Source of the DNA: Podarcis bocagei
Taxonomy: Eukaryota
Strand: one strand, 5' to 3'
Assembly: GCA_964188305.1 (NCBI GenBank)
Contig: OZ076893.1
DNA: 64,000 nt
In this document: piece after piece, positions 49,602 through 61,205 of the stretch
Layout: each line of letters opens with the position of its first letter
Position numbering within the stretch: position 1 is the first letter of the stretch
Position numbers and translations under genes: made by a program
Notes under the pieces: model-generated
What the model saw: the letters and a program-made list of their open reading frames with translations, nothing else
Database searches by the model: none
What the model was told of the DNA's origin: nothing

Positions 49602-49966
49602 GTAGGGTTGGAGCAGAAATTTGGCTCATTTCACCTTTTAATGCAAACTTACCTCATTGCACTCCCCAAAACATGCACTTCTCTGAATTTTGCAATACAG
49701 TTCCCCAACCAAAGATGCGTGTATTAGGAGAAAGCATGCCTAAGAAAGCATATAGCGAAAATAATATACAAAATTTTATTGATTAGGGGAAACTTGCATT
49801 CAAAAATATGTATACTAGCTGAAATGGGCACTAAAATATTAATGAATTTTCACAAGGACTTTTTTTAAAAAAAGGCAAACTGATGTAGATACATGGTGAA
49901 CCAAACTTAAGATTAGAAAAAGGATAAACTGAAAAAACTGAAATCAGTTAAGTTCATCTACCTCTA
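49602..49966. mobile_element. Degenerate MITE-like repeat (reverse orientation)
   Basis: TAGGGTTGGAGCAGAAAT start; family motifs present in reverse complement. Confidence 0.5.
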
Positions 49967-51352
49967 ACTGATAGGCATGGTGATATTCAGGCTGAAGGAG
50001 TGAATCCCTGTTGCAGTCTTAGTACTTGGCTGCAATTTTTTAACTAGAGGTGCTCACCTTTCCTTGCTGTTGCTACATTAACAAGCTCCCATCTGCTATC
50101 CGGGAGCTTTCAAGGATGCTAGCCTTAAATGCTGACCGAGACATCAAATTCAAAAGCAGAACCAAAGGAAGTCAAGTTGCCTGGGAAAACACAACACAAA
50201 GTTGTTCTATCAAATGGAAGGCCCTTGTACTTATACTCCAATGACAGCACTGCAAGGCCTATCATGGCCTGAGCTTTTGATTTTCTCCTTTCTAGAGCCT
50301 TTAATAAGGCATCTAAACAAGGTGCCTTGGAAGAGCTTCCTCACATTCTCCAATATAGTTTCTTCTTAATTGGAAGCATAAGCTGATGCAGCACGATAAA
50401 TAAGAAAATTGCTAGACTTCTGTTATTCCCAAAGGTCATTTTTAGAAAAGATTGAGAAATATGTTCATGTTGGAAATTAAAAAATAAAGCCGTAATAATA
50501 TTGCTACTGTAATGGCAAAAACTCAACTCTATGTGATGTTTAGCACTAGACTGCTCATTACAGTCTTCTGCTCCTTCTCAGATACGTGGGAGCTCTTTGA
50601 CTGGATAAATACCATTTGCTCGGCATGTTATTGCTGTTTCGTTACTCATTTCTCTCTTTCTGTGTTTTACTTTAATTGTAGCAATCATAGCTTCATATTT
50701 GTAACTGATGTGATTATCAAGGGCATGCCTCTTCTTTAGGAATAACACAGAAGAGGAGAAGGAGGAGGAGGGGGTAAAATTATCTAGCTTGGGAAATGAA
50801 ATCCTAGGAGGGCCAGGGCTATTGTTCCCATTATACTCAGGCCTTGCAAAACTTCAGCAGATACCTACAGAATTCTTGTATGCAGAAACAAGGCTGGCCA
50901 GTGCATGGGAGCATAGCATGCAATGCCTAGCTTAAAATGATACCTTCTTAAGGTTAAGGAAGTCTCTGGACTTGGTAAGAGAAACTTAACTGGTGCTTAA
51001 AAAAAAACACACCAAAGAGGCCAAACTCATGATGATGATGATGAATTTCATTTTTGTGCTCATGGGGCATCCTGAAGCAATTTACAATTTAATCACATAT
51101 ATAAAACAGTTGCATATATGAAAAAAGTGGAGGCAATTGCATATATCATAGACTCATAGAATTGCAGAGTTGGAAGGGACCACAAGGGTCATCTAGTCCT
51201 AACTCCTGCAATGTAGGCATCTCAGCTAAAGCATCCATGACAAATGGCCACCCATCCCCTGGTTTAAAACCCTCAAAGGAAGGTTTATAAACAAGACAGG
51301 AAAATTGGCTTCCAGGTGGAGAAATCAAAATTAGAAACAGAACTGCTAGAAC

Positions 51353-51520
51353 CAGTGGCGTAGCGTGGGGGGTGCAGGGGGGGCGGCCGCACCGGGCGCA
51401 ACATCTGGGGGTTAGGGTTAGGGGGCGCAAATCCACGGGTTAGGGGGCGCAAATCCACGGGTTAGGGGGCGCAAATTACTTGCCTTGCCCCGGGTGCTGA
51501 CAACCCACACTACGCCACTG
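51353..51520. mobile_element. hAT MITE with telomere-like internal repeats
   Basis: TIRs CAGTGGCGTAG / CTACGCCACTG; perfect 8-bp TSD GCTAGAAC (51345-51352, 51521-51528). Confidence 0.95.
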
Positions 51521-51542
51521 GCTAGAACCCAATGCTAAGAAC

Positions 51543-52196
51543 TTGTCTAGAATGTATAACTTGTTGCTGAAATGGAATACACAAGATGAAACAGTTAAAT
51601 CAGCTATGATTAAGTGGGCACAGGACATTGGTCATAACATTATGTTTGCTGACTGGGAACAGTTGTGGACCACCGGTTTGAAATTTACGGCATGTAATGC
51701 CTTAAAGGAAAATATTATGAAAATGATTTATAGGTGGTACATGACCCCTGTCAAGCTAGCAAAAATTTATCATTTGCCTGATAATAAGTGTTGGAAATGT
51801 AAAGAAACTGAAGGTACCTTTTACCACCTTTGGTGGACATGCCCGAGGATTAAGGCTTTCTGGGAAATGATATATAATGAAATGAAAAAGGTACTTAAAT
51901 GTACTTTCCCTAAGAAACCAGAGGCCTTTCTCTTGGGCATAGTCGGCCAATTGGTGCCAAAGAAGGATAGAATTTTTTTTATGTATGCCACCACAGCAGC
52001 AAGAGTACTTATCGCAAAGCATTGGAAGACTCAAGATCTACCCACTCTGGAAGAATGGCAGATGAAGGTGATAGACTATATGGGACTGGCGGAAATGACC
52101 GGCAGAATCCGTGACCAGGGGAAAGAGACGGCGGAAGAAGATTGGAAGAAATTCAAAATTTATCTTAAGAAACATTGCAAAATTAATGAATGTTAA
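51543..52196 (+). pseudogene. L1 ORF2 C-terminal fragment with cysteine-rich knuckle
   Basis: CWKCKETEGTFYHLWWTC (CX2CX8HX4C) then FW; frame is open and continues upstream once the MITE is removed. Confidence 0.88.
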
Positions 52197-55100
52197 AATG
52201 TCGAGGGAAAAATGGGGGTTACAGCAGTAAAAGATTAAGTAAAAGAAAAGAATAAGGGAAAAATTAGATAAAATTAAGTTTTGTTAGGATTTGCTGAAAT
52301 AATTTTGGAAATTGGGATGCAGAAAGGGGAGGTATGGGGAAGTCGATGAAGTAAGGTTTAAGGAAAAAAGGATATGAAATTATACATGTTTGTTTGTTTG
52401 TTTGTTTGTTTGTTTGTGTTTATAAAAACTTTGTAAAACCAATAAAAATTTCATAAAAAATAAAAATAAAACCCTCAAAGGAAGGAGAGCCCGCAACCTC
52501 CCAAGGGAGTCTGTTGCACTACCAAACAGTTCTTACTATCAGAAGGTCTTCCTGATGTTTAGTCGGAATCTCTGACTAAGGATTTATAGACCTAAAAACA
52601 ATTCTAAACAAAAATGGTTCGAAACAACAAAGGCACGTGCATAAAATCATTCCAAATTTAAGGGAGATACCAGCTGGGATAAAGATTTTAGTAGGCTCCC
52701 CCAACCCTCCAGAACAGATTTGGAGGTTTCCTTAGATGCATAATTTTCTAGATTCCCCCCACCCCTAGAACAGTTGTGTGTGTGTGGAGTGCACTGTGGC
52801 AGAGATTCTAACTGGGACGCTGCATGTTCCTCCGTAGAGCCTGAGGAGTGCTTTTCAGGGTTTCTCTCCTGTTGGATCAGAGTGCATGGGTATCTTACCA
52901 CACTGCTATCTCAAGTGCTTTCCAGAAAGATAAAGGACTACAGCTAATCTGTCTCTTATTTTCTTCCTAGGCCACCATCAATGAACTCAGGCCATGAATT
53001 CTAGTCCCATGAAAATCCCTTGGCCATCTGTAAATTGCATTCTTCTCTGTTGACGATTGGGACCTGGACAAAGCACAGAATGCAGAAGCTGAGAATCTCT
53101 GCTTGAGATCCAATACCTAGAACGGGAGGGTGTAGGAATCTTCCTTAGATCTAAGGAAATGCAGTCTTATTTGCTTGTTTTGCTAAGCAAGTTCTTCTTT
53201 AATTGTTCTGCGCGGTCCCCCGCAAGGTTACATGCAGTCCTCAGAATTCACCTGGCAGCTTAAATTCATTTGTTCTATTATCATAGAAAGCGCTGTGTGA
53301 AATATCTAACTGTAGGCTGATGTTTCAAAGATGATTTGTTTTGAGCAGACTTTATAGAGTTCCTGTAGATCACAGCTCCTGAAGGACTGCTGCCTCTGCT
53401 GCAATCCTCATCTTCAACAGTCATATTCAGAGCGGCTCAGAGCAAATGTACATAAAATACTGTAACAAAAAAACAATTTGTTTGGTATTCTAAAACCTCT
53501 CATTATGGAAGGGCAAAACAAAGTTATTGAAGTTCAAAATTCAAATGAATTAATTTTTGAAAGGTCAGATTTGGAGATTTTATATGTAAATTAATACTGC
53601 TGAGATTATTCTGTGTGCTTTTCATTTCTAAGTTTGACTTTTTGGAGCTACCTAACTTTCAGGTAATTATTCAACTTCATTAATGCCCATACTCNNNNNN
53701 NNNNNNNNNNNNNNNNNNNNNNNNNNNNNNNNNNNNNNNNNNNNNNNNNNNNNNNNNNNNNNNNNNNNNNNNNNNNNNNNNNNNNNNNNNNNNNNNNNNN
53801 NNNNNNNNNNNNNNNNNNNNNNNNNNNNNNNNNNNNNNNNCAAGCGTGCCTTCCTCTTAGCATGTTTCTCCCTTGCGTCCTGAGTTTGAGTGTCTTCAAA
53901 GCCCATGACACCTTTGGTAAAGGCACACACATTTTCAAACCCCAGTGTTCCTAGACTGGCTCAGAAATCAAGAAAATGAAAAGAAAGCAACAGAATCACA
54001 AATGGAGGAAAATCAGTGGCTTTCAACCAGTGTGTCATGGCAGCCTGGGTTGCCTTGAATGATGGTTGGGGTGCTGCGGGCAACATTGGCCTTTGTCTCT
54101 CTTTCCTCCCCTCCCTTCTCTGATTCCGTATCACACATCTCTGTCTCCCAAAGGCTTGCACAGCTGTTTGTTGCAGCATCCCTGACTATAAGCTCCCCAG
54201 GTGAATGGTGCCTCTGCACTTCTCTTTGGGGTGGGGGGCGGGGCATCTCAGAGACCGGGGCAGCAGCAGTGGCTGCCCAGAGGTCTCCCAAGGAGAAGGA
54301 AGAGGAGAGAAGGCTGAGGGAACACACCACAAAGGAGAGTGTTTGAAAATGGGTGAGAGACTGCCAGCTCTGCAGGCAAGGGGAGACATAACTGGGCTCC
54401 TGAGCCCCACAGGGGTGTCACAGAAAGAATGTAGTTAGTCAAGGGAGTCGTGGGCTCAAAAAGGTTGTAAACCTCTGAAGTGAATTATTATAAAAAGAGC
54501 AGAACAATAAAACAATTATTCAATACTATTTAATTCTAAGACGTTTTCCTTGTTCTTTGAAACAGTCACATACATACACTCCAAAAATTTGTGAGAGCAT
54601 CCTGCAACTTGTACTCAGAGTATACGAATGACACAACAAATAAGCAAAAGGTAGCTGTGACTGATTGCTGCAATTATTTTTTTTAAAGGACCCTCCAGTA
54701 AGAATGTTAGAAAATGGCTTTTTAATCATCTGTAGGATTACTAATATGATTGCCTTTTAATAGTTTTTAAATATGCTGTATACAGAATTAGCTGTAATTC
54801 CTTTACAGGGCAGAAGAATTCTTCCCTAGAAACCAGTTTACTTGATGCAGAAGCCCTGAATGACAATGTGGGGCATCCCAAAGGAAAATGCCAGAACGGC
54901 TGCTCTGTAAAGAAGGCACAACACAAACGCTTGGGAAATGGAAACGAAACAGGACAATTTCAGTGTTTGTTGCCCACCTTGCCCCATGGGTCCAAAGCAA
55001 TTAAATTTATTTCAGCTATGAAGGGAACAAAAGAATAGAACCAGATTCCCCCCAAACACAGAGACACTTTCATAACTTCTCATCCATTAAGGGCAGAGGG

Positions 55101-55339
55101 AAGGCATAAAGTTAGAAGAGAGAATTAAACAGACAAAGAAGAAGAAGATGAAGACATTTCTGGTCATCACTGGCTATAAATTGTTTTGGGGACAGAAGAG
55201 CAGCCAGAAAATATAAAGGGGCCTGAAATGAAATATTTCATAAAGGGTGCCGTGCCTTTGTGAGGAAGGACAAGTATAAAGTCATTGAGAATTGGAGAAT
55301 ACAGATCCATATTGCTGTAAGCAAAACCCAATTAGGAGT

Positions 55340-55594
55340 TACAGATAAGACCTATTACAGTCGTTAAGAGTCGTTAAGACGTTAAGAGTCGTCAACAGGC
55401 TCATCTCAGCTATCTGCCAATCTCCCATTCCCACCACCCTTCTGAGTAATACCCCTCCCCACCTTCTCACTATATAGAAGGGTCTGGCAACTTCTGTTTC
55501 AGTGTATCTGAAGAAGTGTGCATGCACACGAAAGCTCATACCAAGAACTAACTTAGTTGGTCTTTAAGGTGCTACTGGAAGGAATTTTTTTATT
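55340..55594 (+). mobile_element. Penelope-like element terminal fragment
   Basis: 12-bp direct repeat CCAATTAGGAGT (55328-55339, 55595-55606); hammerhead motif; typical reptile PLE end TTAGTTGGTCTTTAAGGTGCTAC. Confidence 0.82.
55504..55541 (+). ncRNA. Minimal type I hammerhead ribozyme motif
   Basis: GTAT-CTGAAGA-A-GTGTGC(AT)GCACAC-GAAA-GC-TC-ATAC: core boxes, 6-bp stem II, palindromic minimal stem III, GTAT/ATAC stem I. Confidence 0.72.
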
Positions 55595-57071
55595 CCAATT
55601 AGGAGTATTTGCTTAACAATATCTCCCCAGGTTAATTTTTCCCTCATAAGTGCTTTGAATAGAGTACACCAAGCTGGTGGCCTCCAGATGTCAATGGACT
55701 ACAACTCCCATCGCTCTGCTGGCTGAGGCTGGTGGGAACATCTAGAGGGCACCAGCTTGGCCAAGGCTGGAGTAGAGCAAGTCTTTGTTTGGGAGCAGCC
55801 ATGTTGTTTTTTTCTGGACAGTTCTCTCTGAGAGTGATGGAATGTTGCTGCCCAGGGGAATTCTTCATTCATTTATTTTTTATTTACTCCCCACACAATA
55901 GGAAGATAGGAAATGGCCTTGTGGTGAGACCATCTACCTAAGCTTTGCCTACACTGACTGGCAATGGCTCTCCGGGGTTTCAGACAATCATATTTCCCAG
56001 TTTACTTGGAGATGCCTGGAAAAGTCTTCTCTCTAACACTGAGCCATGGCCCGTCCCCTAGAACTGAAGGAGTCAGATAACTTGTGGACAATTTACGATC
56101 AGCAGAAAGAGCACGTGTGGTAGACCCACACATGAAGAAAACAAGACAGGAACCAGATTGTTGCTTGTAATGGAAATACTATCCACAGACTGTCTCCTTT
56201 ACCATGCTGTATTTCCCAGGGAGAGTTCAATGCAGAAGCTCTCATGAAAGTATGGAAGGTGACAATTTATTGTTGCTAACAGACTGATTAATGAAAGCAT
56301 TCAAAACGCAGCTGTAGCAAGCAAAGGCGTTAGCAAGGGAAAGGCTTAAGTACTGCCTGGGAGCATCAGGAAACTGAACCAACGTTGTGAATGCCATCAA
56401 ACTGTCTGTGTTGTAAGTGCTTTGATAGCTGATTCCTCTAGCCTCCAACTAGCGAATGCTTCCTTTAAGCAGCTTCAAAACAAGTTTAACAGTGTCAGGT
56501 GTCTGAGGAGAGGAAAAGGTTCTGTGAAGGGATTATGTCTCATGCAATTGCTGGTTGTTATCCAGCAAGTGATTACTAGGTAGAACCTAGAAAGAACCAG
56601 GAACTGTGTAGTATTAGCTCAGCCATAATGGTTAATCCAGAAGCAGCTGTTTTTCTTCTCCATCCTTTTTTTTTTTAAAAAAAGTCACAGATGACCTCCT
56701 CCCACTCTGATTCCCATTATTTTTAGGAATCAACTTTTCAACACACACACAACTTGGGATTTCAAACATGTAACCGGTAGGATCTATTGAATTCCCTGAA
56801 CGGTGTGCAATCCACAGCTTAAATTTCATGGGTTGCCTTTCAGGAACTAACATACTTACTGTTGATTTAACTGGTGCCTTTGGTTCGTTTTTTTCATATC
56901 CATGGCGTCATTTCCTTCTGACACTGAATCACTGAATCAAGTATTGAAAAATGGATGTACACATGCAAGTTACATTTTGAGGTGTTAGTTTTAACTTGGC
57001 TTGGGGATCCTTTGGCCTATCACTAAATTTAAATGTTGCAAACTACCTTCTGATCTTTGGATGAAGGGCAG

Positions 57072-57503
57072 TGTAATGTGTATGGGTTGCTCGTGCATAA
57101 GTTGCCGCCTCTCCAGGCTTTGTTGCCTTGCTAAACCTTTCAGTCTGGGCAGCCCTTCACTTCGTGGCTGCCTCAGTCGCTAGCAGAATCCGTCAGTGGG
57201 CGTTTCTTAAATCTTTTCCAACATAAAAGTTGTTTGACACCCAGTCTCCTCCTACTCTCTCTGCGCGGAAGTCTTCTGCGCAGGGTGGGTGTGGGTAGTG
57301 GAGGACCCGTGCTCTCCCCGCTGGTGTCCAGTGAAGAGTCCTGGAGCCCTCTCGCCGATTCCCCCATCAGCCCCTCTAAATCCCTGGTGTTGCGCTGATT
57401 TGCTTCCCCATCTGCGGAGCTGCCTCTCTCCCTGCTGGGCCCTTCTCCAGCATCATTTGAGAGCCTTCCCTCCACCTCTAGCTCCACTGTCAGTTCCCTG
57501 ACA
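57072..57503 (-). mobile_element. Solo Gypsy LTR, sister of 25961-26394
   Basis: TGTCAGGGAACTG...ATTACA on the minus strand; TSD GGCAG (57067-57071, 57504-57508); open frame 57502-57173. Confidence 0.93.
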
Positions 57504-58589
57504 GGCAGTATACAAATTTAATAAATAAATAACTGTGACCCACATTCGATATAAGTAATTGGAATTCGGGTTATATTTATCTGTGCTGTGGGTGCTAATG
57601 GTCTCAATATAATTTTGGCTCTATAAAGCGAATTATCTTTGCTTCAATGATGAAACGGCTTCTATTTGAGATGAATTTTCTGCAGTAACTTAAAACCAGT
57701 ACATGGATGATTCAGATGGTTTTCCACTCCCCCCGTGATAGTCACTGTTTCTCTATGCTATTAATTGTCTAGCATGCTTTTGAAAGGAGTTTGTCAGGTT
57801 GAAAGTACTTGGTCGCTGTTGTTGTTGTCTGTCTTCCTCATATCTANNNNNNNNNNNNNNNNNNNNNNNNNNNNNNNNNNNNNNNNNNNNNNNNNNNNNN
57901 NNNNNNNNNNNNNNNNNNNNNNNNNNNNNNNNNNNNNNNNNNNNNNNNNNNNNNNNNNNNNNNNNNNNNNNNNNNNNNNNNNNNNNNNNNNNNNNNNNNN
58001 NNNNNNNNNNNNNNNNNNNNNNNNNNTTTGAAGAAGCAAGACGGAGTTTACCTAATAGTTAATGAAATTAAGCCTTGTTGTTGCCAACATTCTTATTTTA
58101 TACCTGATGCAGTGTTTAAATGTTTATGAATAAAACAGCAACCGCTGAAAGCAGAAATGTTGAAATGTAATTACTGGTAAGTTATAATGCACTTGAGGAC
58201 TCATTATGCCAGACTTGAGGAGTTTTTTTTAAGATCACCAGTGTAACACAGCCTCCAAAAACGCAGAGGTTTTCACTGGCTAAAAGCGGCAGAAGTTATA
58301 AAGACTGTCAAATTTCTCCTGGCTCAATGGAAATGTTGTTGATTGTGGTCGTATGATTTATGGGTATAATATTTTCCACTCATTACGTGGTTGCATTTCA
58401 GGATTGTGACATGATTTGCATATGTGAATATCCCTGCAAATTAACTTCTGATGAGTGCTACATCTGTCTGGCTAAAGAAGCTCCCATCTTAAGAATGAAT
58501 CCAGCTGCTGCAAGGAAGGGAGATGCTGGAAAAGGAATGACAAGCCGAAACCTTCAAAGTTAAAACAAAAGAAAAATATTAAGGACAAT

Positions 58590-58596
58590 TTCTTTC

Positions 58597-58637
<41 letters not shown>

Positions 58638-58652
58638 TTTCTTTCTTTCTTC
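58590..58652. repeat. (CTTT)n microsatellite
   Basis: Near-pure tetranucleotide run. Confidence 0.92.
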
Positions 58653-59024
58653 TCAAGCTATCAGTGTCTCTGTAAACCACATCTCCCCCACCCCTTTGAC
58701 TTTAAAAGCACACTAACACATTTTTGCACCCATAATTGGGACGTCAGCAGAGGCTGACTTGTGCCAGAATGAGCATCTATTCATCTGGTGCTTTGCTGTG
58801 AGGACTTGTGCCAGAGCGCCGGACCAAAAAACGGGACATTCCAGGATGCAAACAGAAGCCATGATTCACTTCACTTAAATTGGGACCATTGGGTGTTTTG
58901 CACTAAATATTCAAGAAGAAGTGTGAATATTCAAGAAGAAGTATAGATGTTAAAAGAAGTGGGAAAGGTAGATTGCACAGACTGGACCTTGTTTGCCCTG
59001 ATAGATGACGTTCTTCTAGATAAT

Positions 59025-59059
<35 letters not shown>

Positions 59060-59368
59060 CGCGCAAGCAATCCTGTTGATTCTCTTGCATGTCTCAGTGG
59101 CATTTGATACTATTCACCATGGTATCCTCTTGTTGGTTTCACTCCTACATGCAGGGTCAGTTCCAAAGAGTAGGAGTGGGTGGCTGTATCAGCTCCCTGG
59201 GATGGGAAGCCAGTGGCCCTCCAGATATTACAGGACTACAGTTACCATCATTGCTGGTTATGCTCTCTGGAGCTGATGAAAGTTGAGTTCCCCAGCATCA
59301 GGTTCCCCATATTGGCCCATAATATGCTTTACATCCAATGCCCCTACCGATCTTCAGGAGGAGGGGGG

Positions 59369-59908
59369 GTTGCGGGATCACGACCCCGCCCACACTCGCT
59401 CCCGCGAGGCTAGCGCCAGCCTCGCGGGAGGCAGGGGATTCCCTAATTAGCATCCCCTGTAGCGCCAGCCAATTGGCTGGCGGCAGGGGCGGGCCTTCGA
59501 AAGGCCATTTAAGGTCGGGGCAGCCCTTGGCCGGGGTATTGTCATGCAGATGAGGTTGGGGGGGAGGAACGCCATCACCTCCCCCAATGCTTGAAGGGTA
59601 GTTCGTTAAAGGACTCCGAGGGGCGACGCCTCGTCCGAAACCTACGGAGGCTAGGGCCTAAAGCGCCCCCCCGAGCGGTAACCCCTCGGGGAGCGCCTAG
59701 GGATATGCATCTCGGGTGGCTCCCCCTGTTGGTGTTTAACCCTTCCCGGTTAGACCGGATAGTCGGTTAGGGGCCAATGCCTAAAGCCAATACCCTTCTT
59801 TCCTGTAATCAATAAAGTTGTGGCCATTTAGGCCCATTAACCTAAAGCTTTGTGTCCGTTGTCTTCATTTATTCCACCCGTGGGGGGGGGAGGGAATAGC
59901 CACGCAAC
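59369..59908 (+). mobile_element. GC-rich, hairpin-rich LTR-like solo terminal repeat (possibly Ngaro/DIRS type)
   Basis: GTTGCG...CGCAAC termini; CCAAT, GGGGCGGG and ATTTAA promoter-like series; AATAAA at 59811; motifs shared with 37794-38572; CpGs retained. Confidence 0.55.
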
Positions 59909-60124
59909 AAGGGGAAACAGCTGAAGAAATACCATGCCCATGAAAAGCAAGAGGGCTGCTTTGTCATTCCTTAGGAGTATCACACGTTCATGAGTCTTGT
60001 GGTGGATCACAAATGAAAAAGAGCAAGATAAATCCATTAAAATAGCATCGGAGTAACATATAAGCAGGTTATGGCTATAGTTACTAGAAAGCTCGCATTT
60101 CATAACTGACCTCAATGAGGCTTA

Positions 60125-60474
60125 AAAAGGTAAAGGGCAAAGGGACCCCTGACAATTAGGTCCAGTCGTGACCGACTCTGGGGTTGCAGCGCTCATCTCG
60201 CTTTATTGGCCGAGGGAGCCGGCATACAGCTTCCGGGTCATGTGGCCAGCATGACTAAGCCGCTTCTGGAGAACCAGAGCAGTGCACAGAAACGCCGTTT
60301 ACCTTCCCGCTGGAATTTATCTACTTGCACTTTGATGTGCTTTCAAACTGCTAGGTTGGCAGGAGCAGGGACTGAGCAACGGGAGCACACCCTGTCGCGG
60401 GGATTCGAACCACCGACCTTCTGATTGGCAAGTCCTAGGCTCTGCGGTTTAACCCACAGCGCCACCCGCGTCCC
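60125..60474 (-). mobile_element. Sauria SINE
   Basis: Homologous to the 2065 and 29710 copies; 16-bp TSD ACCTCAATGAGGCTTA / ACTTCAGTGAGGCTTA. Confidence 0.9.
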
Positions 60475-60508
60475 ACTTCAGTGAGGCTTACTTCTGTGTA
60501 AATGTGAT

Positions 60509-60509
60509 G

Positions 60510-60553
<44 letters not shown>
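60509..60553. repeat. (AAT)n microsatellite
   Basis: Pure trinucleotide run. Confidence 0.93.
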
Positions 60554-60554
<1 letters not shown>

Positions 60555-60933
60555 TCTTTATTGTCAATGTACAAACTGTGTGCAATTAAATTAACCAAAT
60601 TAGAATTGTGCTGTAAATTTAAGCAGCCACTGATCTCACCCAGTTCTTTCAATGCCAATAGAAACAGAAAGGCCATACTGTGCTTTCAAAAGATGCTTTG
60701 GCTTGGACTCCGGAGAGTTTCAAAGAGATGGAGTTCCTTAATTGACACAGCCACTGGAAACATCTATCTCAAGAGTACAAAGTGTATGAACCACATCTGT
60801 AAAATTGTAACATCTGCTGAAACCAATCTGTTGCCCAAATATGAGTCATTCCAAATTGTCCTGATAGGAAGGAGCGGATCCAGAGGAAGTTAGTCACCCT
60901 TTAGTCTTTAAATAAGACAAAACTTATTTAAGT

Positions 60934-61205
60934 CATAAGATCATAAGAAGAGCCCTGCTAGATCAGGTGAAAGATTTATCTTGTCCTCCATCCTGTTCTC
61001 ACAGTGACCAATCAGATACCTACGAGAAGCCTGCAAGCAGGACCTGAGTGCAAGGACCACTTGTGGTTCCAAGCAACTGATATTCAGAGGCATCTTGCCT
61101 CCGATGCTGGAGGCAATACATAGCCATTGTGGCTAGCAGTAGCCATTGATAGCCTGGCTGCCCATCAATTCACCTAAACCCCTTTTAACCCATTCAAGTC
61201 ATTGG
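60934..61205 (-). mobile_element. CR1-like LINE 3' UTR fragment
   Basis: CATAAGATCATAAGAAGAGCCCTGCTAGATCAGG terminal-repeat signature; degenerate relatives near 15970-16130 and 28935-28998. Confidence 0.65.

Larger units (their letters stand above)
51284..52467 (+). mobile_element. 5'-truncated L1-clade LINE
   Basis: 18-bp TSD AAAACCCTCAAAGGAAGG (51266-51283, 52468-52485) at a TT/AAAA endonuclease site; AATAAA at 52441 and A-rich tail. Confidence 0.92.
51145..52572 (-). mobile_element. CR1 LINE 3' end, split by the L1 insertion (pieces 51145-51283 and 52468-52572)
   Basis: Minus strand ends ...CCCTTCCAACTCTGCAATTCTATGAGTCTATGAT (CR1 ATTCTRTG-type terminal repeat); sequence resumes after the L1 TSD. 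Confidence 0.8.

Noticed and set aside
51415-51476. CRISPR-like or true telomeric array
   Set aside because: Eukaryotic context; head-to-tail repeats without spacers inside a MITE; too short and impure for a telomere.
54031-54422. Possible old solo LTR (TGTG/TGTC...TGTCACA)
   Set aside because: No matching TSD and no homolog in the window; unsupported.
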